Shown piece by piece: positions 1-13,248 of a stretch of DNA of 63,993 nucleotides (the first letter of the stretch is position 1; the number at the start of each line of letters is the position of its first letter). This DNA comes from Carcharhinus longimanus (Eukaryota). The stretch lies in the NCBI GenBank assembly GCA_030264375.1, contig JASCQW010000105.1, forward strand, positions 39,835,414 to 39,899,406, in the 5' to 3' direction. The notes beneath the pieces are model-generated. The model searched no databases. It saw only the letters and a list, made by a program, of their open reading frames with translations, and was not told the DNA's origin. Made by a program: the position numbers and the translations under genes.

Positions 1-485
1 TATTAACTGTAACAAAAGATATAGTGCCACCTTTTTAAAAGTATCTGCCTATGGTGTTAGTTTTAACTATGAATGATGATGATTTTCCCTGTTTGATGTT
101 TGTTGTATTTCACATCGTCCTCCTGGTACAGCCGTTTGAGAATAATGCTCCATCCTAAACAATGTGATTAATCTTAAGGGCATTTGAAACTGAAAGTACG
201 TCAAAATAATAGTTTCTGTTCTTAGCGGGGAGATTGTACCAGGTCTTTTCCAGAACTGGGAGGGGGAGGCCTTTATTAATAATTCTGGGAGGGAGGACAG
301 GCTTTTTGTGAACACTATCCGCCTCCTTATGTAGCCACGTGACAATTTGCAGAATTCGCAGCAAATTAAAAGATATCAACCAGAAAGTAAAATAGCACTG
401 TGGTCCCACCAATAAAACAAATCAGACCTTTCAAAATTTGATTTTTTGTTCACCATCTACCTATTGGAAGGTGGGATAATATCCA

Positions 486-650
486 TTGATTTGATTTATT
501 ATTGTCACATGTATTAGTGTAAAGTATTGTTTTGTGTGCAGTATGCAGATAAAGCATACCGTACATAGGGAAGGAAAGGAGAGAATGCAGAATGTAGTCT
601 TACAGTCATAGGGTGTAGAGAAAGATCAACTTCATGTGAGGTAGGTCCAA
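486..650 (-). mobile_element. REX1-like LINE 3' UTR fragment (same family also at 1979-2101 minus and 22940-23127 plus)
   Basis: ttgatttgatttattattgtcacatgtattag...gaaggaaaggagagaatgcagaat...gtaggtcca matches 30944-31115. Confidence 0.8.
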
Positions 651-1904
651 CTGTAGATATCACACTTTCAAGTGCCATTACTGCATGTACTTGATGTCGC
701 TGGTTAAAAAATAACACGTGCACAAAGTGCCATCAGTGAAACCTATGATAATGCGTGCACAAGCTACAGGCTGATGTCTGTTAGATATGAAATTGATAAG
801 TCACTGTTTCCATTAAAAATATGCTTCATAACGAAACTGCAGTTTCAACGACGCAAGGAATAAATGCAGAACTCCATGTTGTGATATCTTGGGAAATAAA
901 AAAAAGCTGAATAAGTGATGTTCGCCCAGCAACTGGTAAAATAATCTGTACTTTGACCTTTTTCACCCAGCAGCTGTAGAAAGACAAAACACTTGATTAT
1001 TTGCCAAGGAGCAATGTGAATAAGGCCCTGTGCCGCTCTTATTTACCATGGGGGTTATGATGTAAACAGCCATTCCCAGTTGTGCCCTAAATCAGCCTAA
1101 CACTAGAATTCAACGTTGCCTGCCGTAATCCTATAATATACTAGTCCCAATTATCCATTTGTCCATTTCTGAATTTAGTCTGTCAATTTATAATCAAACC
1201 ATTGTATGTAACATGAGATTCAATTCACCGGTGATCCTCATGCAAACTAGCATAGACTAGATAGAAACTAGTACATAGCTGCTGCATCAGACTAGCATTA
1301 ATTTATATTGGGATTGTCATTAAATATAATCCTGTTATTTACAGTAGTTTGGATTATATTTAATTGTCATATATCCATACTACTCAGACTAAGTCACCTA
1401 GTCACTTTGTAAGGCTCACTGCATAGCATGGACACCATACCTTTTTAATATCATGCAGTACAAATATTTCTTAATCTGTGGTTAGCATGTGATAATTGCA
1501 TGTGCAGTTAATTTTGGCATTTTATCTAAATTTGTTCCAAAAGTACAAGCAATGGTTTTGAACCTCAGTAATGTCAGTTACATGCATACTACACCTGGTG
1601 GAATCAATTTTGTGTCAAGTACTGTATGAAGATAAAACCAACAACAGTACCTGACCTACCAGTGCTCGATGTTGACATTTGGTGCTGAAATTAGAAAAAG
1701 TGCCTTTTAGTTCCATTCTTAATGGCTGGTATCTATCACTTAAGTTAGAGAGAATTCATCATTCTTTCCCCTTCCTGCTCTCCTCAGCGTTCCCTTTCCC
1801 AACCCCTACATAATCCTTCTTGAATCACTGGATTATAAGGTCTTAATTTTCACCACCTAATGAATTCACAGGGAAAATATATCCATCAAAAATATTGTAT
1901 TTTA

Positions 1905-2400
1905 AAATTGTTCATAGGGTGTGGATATCACTGGTAGGGTTAGCATGTGTTGCTCATCCCATTGAGAAGGTGGTGGTAATTTGATTTATTATTATAACAT
2001 GTATTGGTATACAGTGAAAGGTATTATTTCTTGTATACCACACAGACAAAGCACATCATTCATAAAGTACATAGGGGAGAAGAAAAGGAGAGGGTACAGA
2101 ACGTGAGCCACCTTGAATACAACTGAGTGGCTTGCTAGGCCATTTCAGAGGGTAATGAAGAGTCAATCATTACCGTGGCTCTGGAGTCACATACCAACCA
2201 GACCAGATTTCCTTTTCTAAAGGACGTTAGTGAACTGGGTGTTTACCATAATCTGTTAATTTCATGGTCACGATCTGTTTTATTCCAGATTTTATTTAAT
2301 TAACTGAATTTAAATTCTACATCCGCTTTGTCTGTGGTGGAATTGAACTCCGATCTGTGAATAGTTAGTTTACTAGTCCAGTAATATAATTACAATCCTT
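1905..2400 (-). mobile_element. Old tRNA-headed SINE-like repeat (related pieces at 17020-17230, 31620-31840, 38385-38660) with a nested REX1 fragment
   Basis: Shared blocks gagtcacat...agacc, aaaggac.ttagtgaa and gtggaattgaact...tactagtccagt. Confidence 0.6.
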
Positions 2401-2999
2401 CCATACCTACCCTTTCCTGTAAGTAGAGGCCCTAAGGCTCAAATTGATTCACGTTCCGATTCCACGCGATTTACAGGTTACCAGTTAGGAGCGGTGAGTG
2501 AAAGCTAGCACAAAAACACATGGTGGTTGGGTCCTAGAAAATATTTTTTAAAAACTGCTATCACTGATGACAATGGTTAGCGCTAATTAGTGCTGTGCAG
2601 TTAATTGGTATCTGGACAGTTTGTAGTGTTGGCAGATCATATCTTGGCTGACATCCATGCTAAAGTGTTTATAACTTAGTAATAATTTGTCACGTTTACC
2701 CACTTTTTTATGCACACTTTTCTTCAATGCTTTTCTAACTTTGCTTGCTCAAGAAAATGTTGGTCTGTGCTTGGCTTTTATAAATTGATGTGCAATGTTT
2801 TTAGTTTATTTTTTTCATTTTGTCTCAAGTTAAATTGTGCTTGTCATATTTAGCTCTGTATGTCATTTTCCTGTTCCACATACGCGCTGACTAAATAGAG
2901 GAAGAATGTTTCAATCTTGGGCAAATGTATTCAGAAGGCCAAATGTGTGGTGCCTTAATGCGGAAGTCTTTAGCATTGTTTCCTGCTTTAAAATAATCA

Positions 3000-5900
3000 C
3001 AAGCCGATAGGTCAAAATTAGACCGGAGCTGCATTCGAGATCTACACAGTTATTGAGTGCAGTTACACTAAAACGTTAGCATTTATTCACATAAGTCTCT
3101 GGTTAGCACGAGTACTAACGTAAATCGGTAACCGTGCCCTGACCTAAGTGGTTGAGACTTCCTGGAATGTAGATTCAGCGTGGTATCAAGTCAGATGTCA
3201 AAAGTATCCTTGGTAATCTTACATCTCCTGGATACTTGAAGCTTGTCTGCAATTAATTTGAAACGTTTAGACAATGCAGATGCAGCTGGCCACATGCTTA
3301 AAGTTTAACTGCTCGCCGAAGATCCGTGTAAATACACAACACGGAGCTCGGTGTGAAGGAGCAGAATTTAGCGTCCAGCCGGGCAGTGTAAACTGGCCAT
3401 TGCCTGAGTGAAAACTGGGCTGCATTCAGATGTAAATAAAGGCTGCGCGGTAGAGGTATTTGTGCACTTTATCATTAGCATGGATAGGAGTCCGCTGGCC
3501 AGTTACAGAATTAAACCATCGTTCTTCACCCCGATGCAATCTCAAAACCCTCATGCTTTGCCTTGGATTTGGTTTGTCGCTGAAGTCCTCAGTTCATTTA
3601 CACGGCAAATTTAACGTCGGTGTGAAGCAACAGGGTATTCTCTCACGCTGATTCGGTTTGTCACTGCACGGATTGTATGTTCACCCTGGTGTCAAACCTG
3701 AAATGCAAAGTGTTCAGTTTGTAAACCCACCCGACCCAAATTTAAATGCTTAGAGCAGAGAAGGAAATTGTCATCTCCCTGCTCTTTTAACATTATCTTT
3801 TTTTTTGCCTGTTGGAATGTTGTTCTGTCCGTGTTCGTATTCAAGGATGGTCCGAGAGCTCTCTTCCCAACATGACGATTAGACTTCCAGCTAGGCAAGA
3901 ACCAAACATTGTCGCCAGAGCTTTCCTGACTGGAAGCTACTGATAGCTGTATTTCAAGTGCCAATGAGACAGGGGCTTCAGTGTAAATACACCTTTATTC
4001 TCAAATGGCGTGCATTGGTGCAAAACAACTGCCGAATAGCTGGACTATTGTCATACAGCCGGTCACTGATCTCTTAACTAAAACACACCAGTTGGCAGAT
4101 TAATAAAACATGGCATAAGACCATAGGTTCCGGTTTCATCTTAAAATATTCGTCTGTGTATAAATACATACCTACATCCATCCGTGCATCTGCTTATACC
4201 ATAGACACGGAGAGGTCGCTGGTTTATTTACAAAACTGACTCTCCAGCTGGTGTCACTTACCAGTTGTGTCACGAGATCAGACTAAAACAGTCCCTATGT
4301 TGTATGCTTATTTCGGATTTTTGTATAAAAATGCAAAGGGTATATTTGTGTATATAATGGGTATGCCGTATCAACAGGAATCCATAACTTGGCGGAAGTA
4401 GCACACGAAAACAAAATACTGTCAACTCCTGGTATATTGGTCTTGTAACTTCCATCCTCCTCCGGCATTCATGAGTTTATTAGGCCCAGACATGACACGG
4501 CGCTTTGTGTATAAAAGGGAAAACCTCCAGGGAGGGAGGAGTACAGGTGATCTTTCATGAGTGCGAAAAGATCTCCCTAATCACTATTCCCTGTCGAGTT
4601 GACTCTTCTTCGTATATCTTCATTTTGATAATATTGACAAACAGTGCGTTATTTTAGCTTCGCAACTGAATTGTGATTCGGAGTGGTTATCTATCTGAAG
4701 CATTTAGGTTTAACCGTGGGACCCCATTTTAGGCGAGATGTGCGTGTACGACAGCAATTTTGCATTTAACGCGTGGGATCTGTTGTGCTTTTGTTTTCCA
4801 ACCATGGCCGTGTCTCTGGCGAAGAGGTGACCTGAATATTGTCTTTCGATCGTCGCGGTGTTGGAAACTCCAGTGGTAGTCCCCCACTGAGTCTGAGCCA
4901 ACTACCATGAAATAAACTATTGTAACTAACTCAGCTTCATTTACTGGTTGGTTATATGGCCGAATCTATTCGATTTTCACGTTGTAACTTACCACCAGAA
5001 GGAGGAGTCGTGTACCATCTGCCCACGCGTGAGAGAGAAAGAGAGGGGGAGAAACGAAACCTTCCCAGGTTTAATATTGGCTATGGATGGCGAAGTCACG
5101 TAGGATAATTCCAGTGAATAACAACTGTGCATTTTCAGATGAATGAAATTGCCTTCCCCACTGAAATCCCTCGCCTTGCTATTGTTTTAAGAGGTCACCC
5201 AGTTAAAGCCTGTTCCTGTTGAAATGATTGCTGGCGCCGCTGTTTTCTGGGGCAACCGTCTTCGTGGCTTCAGTGGTTCATGATGTGGGTATGCCGGCGT
5301 TGGACTGGCGTAAACACAGTAAAAAGTCTGACAACACCAGGTTTTAGTCCAANNNNNNNNNNNNNNNNNNNNNNNNNNNNNNNNNNNNNNNNNNNNNNNN
5401 NNNNNNNNNNNNNNNNNNNNNNNNNNNNNNNNNNNNNNNNNNNNNNNNNNNNNNNNNNNNNNNNNNNNNNNNNNNNNNNNNNNNNNNNNNNNNNNNNNNN
5501 NNNNNNNNNNNNNNNNNNNNNNNNNNNNNNNNNNNNNNNNNNNNNNNNNNNNNNNNNNNNNNNNNNNNNNNNNNNNNNNNNNNNNNNNNNNNNNNNNNNN
5601 NNNNNNNNNNNNNNNNNNNNNNNNNNNNNNNNNNNNNNNNNNNNNNNNNNNNNNNNNNNNNNNNNNNNNNNNNNNNNNNNNNNNNNNNNNNNNNNNNNNN
5701 NNNNNNNNNNNNNNNNNNNNNNNNNNNNNNNNNNNNNNNNNNNNNNNNNNNNNNNNNNNNNNNNNNNNNNNNNNNNNNNNNNNNNNNNNNNNNNNNNNNN
5801 NNNNNNNNNNNNNNNNNNNNNNNNNNNNNNNNNNNNNNNNNNNNNNNNNNNNNNNNNNNNNNNNNNNNNNNNNNNNNNNNNNNNNNNNNNNNNNNNNNNN

Positions 5901-6900
5901 NNNNNNNNNNNNNNNNNNNNNNNNNNNNNNNNNNNNNNNNNNNNNNNNNNNNNNNNNNNNNNNNNNNNNNNNNNNNNNNNNNNNNNNNNNNNNNNNNNCT
6001 CCTATTTACTCTCCCGCCTTTGTCTTCCTTCCCTCTCCGCCCTTGCCGCCTTCCCCGACTGTTTTATTTCCCTCTCGCCACCCTCGCCTTCCTCTATCTT
6101 TTATTCTGCCTCCGCGTTCTTTATATCTCTTATCTCGATGTCTGTTTCTTTTCTCTGTCGCTTTCGGTGTGTCTAATTTTGCCTCCCGTGTCTCTGGAGG
6201 TTGGTGCGCTACTGGCGAAGGCAGCGCTTTTTTTTATCTGCAAGACGTGGAGTCGCCTCAGTCAAATGCCCCGGGGGAGCGGCACGATCTCAGTTAATCC
6301 TAACGAGCTTGTACCCCCTGGAGATCAGCGCGATAACCCTCATCACGTGGGGATGGGCTGCATACTTCCCTGAACCATACACACAAAACGCCTCGGCAAA
6401 GACTCGCAAGGCGTCAGAGAGAGTTCACACATCATCTAATCAGGACTCCAGATCAACTTTTCCGACCCTTTTATCCCAATATACTGGAAATCGGAATCAG
6501 GTCTCCACCAGAGGGGAATAAATAGAGAATCGTGCCACAACTGGAGACCCACCTTTTANNNNNNNNNNGAATTTCCGGCAAATGGGACGAGTTTTCATTT
6601 GTGAGCCTGTAGTCTGACCGTGAAACTCTGCACGTTGGTGGATTTCACAACGATCTGACTGCAGATATTGCACAGTTTTAAAAATCTACATGTAATTTCC
6701 GACACTGGTTCTAGAGAGGTTCAACGTGCTCTTTTCAACGTATTCACAAGACCCCAGCCTTCAAAAGAAAGACAAAATGTTTTTTCCGTGACAAAAAGGC
6801 CTGGATTGAAAACCAGCAGCTTACCCCAGTCCAACGCAGGCATCTTCACATCTTGAAAACCCGCCCTATCTCTTGACTGACCTTAAGAATTCTGCTTCAG
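3000..6900. promoter_or_regulatory. CpG-richer, largely repeat-free region; putative BCOR promoter, first non-coding exon or enhancer zone
   Basis: CpG dinucleotides are visibly more frequent than in the rest of the window. TATAAAAG at 4510-4517, pyrimidine/CpG-rich tract at 5999-6200, about 15 kb upstream of the ATG exon. No TSS can be pinpointed, and a 646-N gap lies at 5353-5998. Confidence 0.45.
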
Positions 6901-7061
6901 ACACCCGAGTTATGTGCTTAATTTGTGAGAAAGTTATCAAAATATTTACCAGAGACACCAAACGATTAATCGGAAACTTGCCACAAGATGAACAACACAC
7001 TGCCGTCTTTTAACCTTTTTGTGGGTCGTTGTCAAGCCTTTGCTTACAGCTTCTCAACACT

Positions 7062-7377
7062 GGTGCGGCACAATGGTTACCACTGCTGCCTCACAGCACC
7101 AGGGACCTGGGTTCCATTCCCGATTTAGGTCGCTGTCTGTGTGAAGTTTGCACTTTCTCCCTCCTCCGTGTTTCTGTGTGGATTTCCCAGGTGCTCCCGT
7201 TTCCCCCCAGCCCAAAGATGTGCCGGTTAGGGTGATTGGCCATGCTAAGTTGCACTTTAGTGAAGGGGGATTTACAGGGTAAATGCATGGGGTTATGGGT
7301 TTAGAGCCTGGGCGGAATTGTGGTCGGTGCACACTCAATGGGCTGAATGGCCTCCTTCCGCACGGTAGGATTCTATA
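7062..7377 (+). mobile_element. HE1-family tRNA-derived V-SINE
   Basis: A box ggcacaatggttacca, B box ggttccattcc, V-domain gctcccgtttccccccagcccaaagatgtg, CR1-type tail atgggctgaatggcctcctt...ggattcta. Confidence 0.9.
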
Positions 7378-9904
7378 ATATTATTTTGCTAAAACTGTGG
7401 CATTTCATGTTCTATTTATTACCTTCAGGAACCGATGAGAAAGTGTGCTGTAATCATTTAAAAAGCTTCACCATAGCCCTCATAGAGTGATCCACACACC
7501 CAATTTTCCAGGGTCATTCTCCAGATGAGGTTCAATGTCCCTGGAGGAGTCCCTGGTTTAAAAAACGCATCGCAAATATCCTAACTTTTAATCTTGCACT
7601 GAAATCTGTCTGATATATAAGTGAGGTACTGCAGTAGTGTAAATCATCTTGGGTAAAGGAGTCTCCTAATGAGCTAATGAGAAATATCTAGAGCATTTGG
7701 AATAATATTACTGTTAGATGTAACTCCTGGTACAGCACCATTATAAGTTGTCACTCTTATAATGCTGACTGAATGGCGTTTGACAAAGAACACGCGCAAT
7801 TTACAATTCCGTGTAAGGTGAAAAAAGTATTGTCAAAAAAGCATAATTGTTTTAGCATCCAGCTTCTAAATAATTTTCCACATTTACACCACATCTACAC
7901 CATTTGGACTGCACCAGTTCAAAAAGGTGGCTCACCATCACTTTCTGGAACAATTATAGATGGGCAATAAATGCTGGCTTAGCTAAGCATGTTCACATCC
8001 TATGAAAGAATAAAAAAAATACAGCCAATTGGAAAAAAACATCTATTATGTTCTATACACTGCTCTGTATTTTCTATTTCGAAAAGAGGCATGGCATCTG
8101 TGAAAGAACATGAAGGCACCACTAAACATAAGGCAGCTCTCACATTACCTTTTAGTTCCAATTCTATTTGTAATTTATTTTGTTTCACAAATTTGAACCT
8201 AAACAAATAAGGGCATAGTGAGTGCCAAAAAACTGACCTTCCTGTAGAATGTTGTTTTATTATTTCTAAATAGTGTTTGAATACAGTTCAATAGTTCATT
8301 TTCACATTCAAGGTATAGTCTATATCTGTCATTGTTAAACCACGGGCAGCTAAAAAGAATCACCTTGATACACTGCAAAAACTACATTTTCCATCCTGAT
8401 CACTTTGCTATGCTCCTACCCTGTGTGTCTCTGGATTTGATGTAGAAAACATAGTCATGGTATCTCATAAGTGTAACTTGCAAAGGTGTAGACATGAAAA
8501 TTAAAATGTTCACACTTTCAATTGCTCCACCTGCACAGTGCAGATACTTAAGGCAGATCAGAAAATGTGCTTCCTTTGAAAATGTTTTGAACTTCTGCAA
8601 TGAATGATCCATTTTAAACAGTTCTTAACTGTTTACAAGTACTCCATGCTTTAAATCTGAAAACAATTGTAGGAAAGATGTAACAATTTGTTATATTCTT
8701 CAACATACAAATCAGGGTAGCACAAAAGTTACTTTAACAGCAACTGTACTTCCCTCTCAAGGGCATTGCCTTCATTCTTTTCCCTACTTCACAGAGGCAA
8801 ACTTCATCTACACCCTTTTCCCCCACTTTATGCCCCATCAAATTTAATGGTACCTCCTTGATGTGTTCATCATTGCCAATCCTGGCAGCAATGCTTGTCT
8901 GACTCTGCTTCAGTTCAGGATTAGGTATTTTCCTGCCGGCAGGAATTCCTGATTAATCATGATCAGGAATTCCCATTTGCAGCGGAGACTAGGTTCCCAG
9001 AACAAAGCAATAGATTGAATATGAGCAGCAGTTGGGACCAGCATGCTTTTATGCCAAGCAAAAGCTGACCATCGGTTTCAAAAACATTTACTTGAGCTTC
9101 AGAAAGCTCCAAATTTATATTATGACGTGCAGTCAAATTGAATAGGTTGTGGACATAACTTAAGTCATAACTTGAGCTGCAGCTCTGTACCATTCCAACA
9201 CTTGACAGTGTCAAAAATCACAGAACCTCCTTCATTATTTCCTGGAGAGTAATTCTGAATTACGGTGACTATATATTCGTGCTTGTCATTTCTCAACTTA
9301 ATGGTAATTGTTTTAAACTGCCTTGCATGCTTGCTACTGTCACACAGATATTATTTACCTTTTACCCCCGGGTTTGCAGAGACATGTCTTCTCTCCTTCA
9401 TTTGTGTTTCTCTGCTCCTCTGACATTTCCTCTCTTCACACCTCCCACCACCCCCCCTTCAGTTGAGGCTAAGATTTTTTTAACCCCCCACCCCCAGCAC
9501 TTTAATAATCCTCTCCGTTCCACTTATTTACCTCCTGAATTTCATTGGCACACTTCTCTTCAGCAGCATTTCTGGCTGCAGTTGACTGTTGCTGTGGGCG
9601 ACTGGAACATTGCTGTGAGACTGGAAAATAGCCAAATGTAAAGGAGTCAGGATGGAGGTAAACAAGAGAAAAGTATTTACAGAGGTGGAACAGCAGTGGG
9701 CAATATTTAAAAGAGATTGATGGAGAGTTCAATAAAAATAAATTCAAATTTATGAAAAATAAGCCATGAATAAGACTCCGTTGTTAGCTATAGGTAAGGA
9801 TAAAGGGAAAGGCATAAAATGATTGGATTACAAAAGCGAATATGATGAATGTCGGGCAGAGATTTTAAAAAATTAGGAATACCAAGAGAGAATTGTCAAA
9901 ACTT

Positions 9905-10760
9905 TCAGCACAGAAATGGACCATTCTACCTGTTGTGCTGTTCTGATTCTTCCAAAGGCCAATCAAGCTTGGTCCAGCATTCCTGTTTCTTTTTTTGGTC
10001 CATAACTCTGTAAATTGCTTGCCCTCAAGTACCAGTCCAACTTCCTTTTAAAATTATTTATGGACACAGCTTCTAACATTAGTTTTCAAATAATGTTCCA
10101 AATCCCAGATTTTGAGCCAAAGCATTTCTCTTCATCTTAATTCTAGAATTTTGCTGATGATTTTGAATCCATGACCTCTAGACATTAATCCACTCACTGG
10201 AGTGAATTAATGGTTTACCCCTATCTATTCTACCAAAATTTCTCATCATTTTGAAAATCTCTGTTAGGTTGCTTCCAAGGAGAACAGTCCTAACCTTTTC
10301 CAACTTTTCATCATAACTGAAGTTCCTCATCTCTGCAAAAATCCTAGTAATCTTCCTCCATATCCTTGGCTTTCACATCTTTCCTCAAATGGGTGGCCAG
10401 AATTATCCATAATACTCCAGCTGAGACATAAATAAAAATTTATAAAAATTAACTTGAATTATTTACATTAATAGTTCTTGTATTTTTAAACCCGAGTAAC
10501 TCTCTCATCTTTCTAATCACTTTACCATGTCACCCTTATTAAGATTTTAGTATATGTACACCAAGGCTTTTTTCCCAAACCTTTTCAACATGATGCAATT
10601 TTGGTATAATTCATTGCCTATTAGTCCTCACAAAGAATTATTGTTTCACACTTTTCTGCATCAAACTTCTTTTGTCATGCTTCTGCCTATTACACCATCC
10701 AGAAGCCTATAACTATACTCATTATTACTGGCTATTTTGCCAAGTTTCATATCATTTGAA
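9905..10760 (-). mobile_element. Old CR1 LINE 3' fragment
   Basis: Degenerate CR1 motifs (ccaaggagaacagtcct, ataactgaagttcctcatc, ccagaattatccataatactccagctga); no ORF. Confidence 0.7.
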
Positions 10761-11404
10761 ATATGAAATAACAATATCAAAGAATATAAAAATAAATTAA
10801 TGAAGCATTTTATAGATGCACAAGTAGCAAGTGGAGAATTAAGATGGCGATAGGGTTACAGAAAGATGAGCATGATAATCTCATGGGAGGTAAAATTGAA
10901 TATAGCCTTCTGAGACAAAGGGGAAATGAGCATAGTAGAGGTTGTCAAGAGGAATATTACAATCAGTAAGATAGAGAGAATGGAGAAAGTAGTCAACCTG
11001 AAGAACAACATAAAGTTCAGATGGATTACACACACACACATTCAAAGGGACAAGATATCTGAAATACTAGTATTCAGAATTGTCAATAGAAAAATAAAGT
11101 AGACAACATGTGCAATTTCTAACTTTCGGAGTTGAAACTGATCCAGGGTACCTGAGATCAGATGGTTTATGTTGTGAATAGCAAAAATACTAGCATGTTG
11201 GCTAAAAGATAAGAAAAAACACATCTAGAGATGAAAACTATAATAAAAATACACATATTTCTAAAAAGGAAGTATGTTAACCAATCTTACCAGGTATCAG
11301 GAAGTAGAATGAATTGAAAGATGACTACACATTAAGAAAACAGAGATAGGACTTAAGGAATTTTGCTCAAAATGGTTACCTACAGGTTTCATGCTGTTGG
11401 AACA

Positions 11405-11910
11405 GTATTTAAATGATTAGAACTGAGGAGTTGGAGGTATGTCGTTCAAATTTGCAGGTGACGCTAAATGGCAGACTTGGCTAAGNNNNNNNNNNNNNNN
11501 NNNNNNNNNNNNNNNNNNNNNNNNNNNNNNNNNNNNNNNNNNNNNNNNNNNNNNNNNNNNNNNNNNNNNNNNNNNNNNNNNNNNNACATTAAATTCCATT
11601 TGCCAGTTCCTGGCCCATTCACCCAGCCTATCTAGATCCTTCTGTAGACTCTCCACACCCTCCGCGCAAGAACAAATAAAATCAAAGAATTTGGGCAGAG
11701 TTTTGTGACACAGAAAGTGGTAAGAACATGGACCCCTCTGCCACATATAATTGAAGCAGAAAGTATTGATATATTAATGAAGAGGCTTGATAGATACATG
11801 AGGAAGAAGGGATTACCACTTTTTGGGGCAGGGAGGGACAAGATCACTAGTTTAGGGAAGCTCATATGGAGCATGAACACAAAACAATTTGGGCCAAATG
11901 GCTCTGTCAA
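11405..11910. mobile_element. CR1 fragments on both strands around a gap
   Basis: Plus strand FKFAGDAK (FADDTK-like). Minus strand AEGVESLQKDLDRLGEWARNWQMEFN. Confidence 0.8.
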
Positions 11911-12747
11911 GCCACCATAATCTGAGATTAATAATAAAATGCTCCACCGCATTCCATCACTAACCTATTGCTTGTCTTGTCCTTCATAACTGCACCTAAC
12001 ACTGTGTACTACGCAAATATGTCTGTCATTTATTGATATAATTTTTACTGATATCCAACTTTAAACAAATTAAGAATATTTCATCAGAAAGCTACAAAGC
12101 CTCCTTTAATTTTGCATGGAACTTTTGTTTTGCATGGAACTATTTGGATGAAATCATATAATTTGCCACTGCATAAACTTGAAATGCAGAGCACGCAAGC
12201 TTTTGGTCCATTGATATTGCATACAGGTGCACCAAATGGAGGAGGCTTCACAGATGTTAGTTTCCTGTGTGTTGGACTCCTCTTTTTTTATAAGGCAGGG
12301 TGCTCCCTTTGAAGCATAAGAACATGTGCTAGCTTGCATAGCTTAGCAGGTCACAATTCTGATTGCTCACCTACCAAGACTGCATTGCATATTGTGATCA
12401 AGCTGATAACTTGGCCTGATCATGGCCAGAAGAATGGCAGCAATATATGTTTTGCTTATAGTTGCATTTCCCCCTATTGAATGAACTAACACCATTTCAT
12501 TTGTCCTTTTGTTTGCTGTTGAAAGATGAAAGAAGCTGAATTTCTGTTCACCTAGTATTTTAGTGATTGAACTTAAAAATCAGTCTTTGCACATAATTAG
12601 CTGTAACAATAATTAATTCTTCACTCCAAATTTCCTTCTGATTTTTCTCCTCTTCCCTATTTGTACTGTAGATGAGACTTGTTGGGATATATAGCCCAGT
12701 TCCAAAATTTTACTTGGTGGCTGTTCTTTGCACATGAGCCCTGATCT

Positions 12748-13248
12748 TTGGTGCAGAATTTTGCAGGCCTCTGTTGGGCAGCCTATTCTCTGCCTGATAC
12801 ACAATTATATGGGGGCCAGGGCAGAGCGAAGCTAAGGTGGTCTGCCCTCATCCCAGTTGAGGCCGCTAAGTGGTTGGCTAATGGCCTGCTTTCCATCTTG
12901 GCTTCAATTTTGAATGTGGCAGGAGGGATTCAGGATGAGGTGATGCTAGACAGGATGTCCTGCTGGGCCGTGCGGGGGGGGGGGGGGGGGGGGCAGATGT
13001 CTTAGTTAATGACAATCCCACCCCCCTTGCTTTTTGAGATCAAGTACCTCTTCCAATGTCTGGGATTCCTGGGGGCTCCAATCAGATTTGCCAGTAGTGC
13101 ACTCAAATGGAATTTCTGCTCTTGACTGAAGTCTTGCATTTTGCCTCCTCCTCAGGTTGTAAGGCAGTTTGCACTGGTATGAATAGATTTCCTGTCAGCT
13201 ACTTCGGTGTCAGGGCGAGAAATCCCACCATTGGAAAAATTCTGCTCT
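12748..13248. mobile_element. Non-autonomous DNA transposon/MITE (GGGCAGAATTTT-type termini); similar elements at 14133-14823, 19932-20054, 63937-63993
   Basis: Terminal inverted motifs gcagaatttt / aaaattctgc bracket GC-richer interiors. Confidence 0.55.

Noticed and set aside
5280-6176. 298-aa ORF and other X-rich ORFs in the track
   Set aside because: They are open only because they run through N gaps.
6020-6521. Overlapping 84-117 aa ORFs in the CpG-rich block
   Set aside because: Low-complexity, stop-poor sequence with no recognisable homology or splice structure.
7062-7135. tRNA-like A/B boxes here and in the other SINE heads
   Set aside because: They are followed by the V-SINE body; not tRNA genes.
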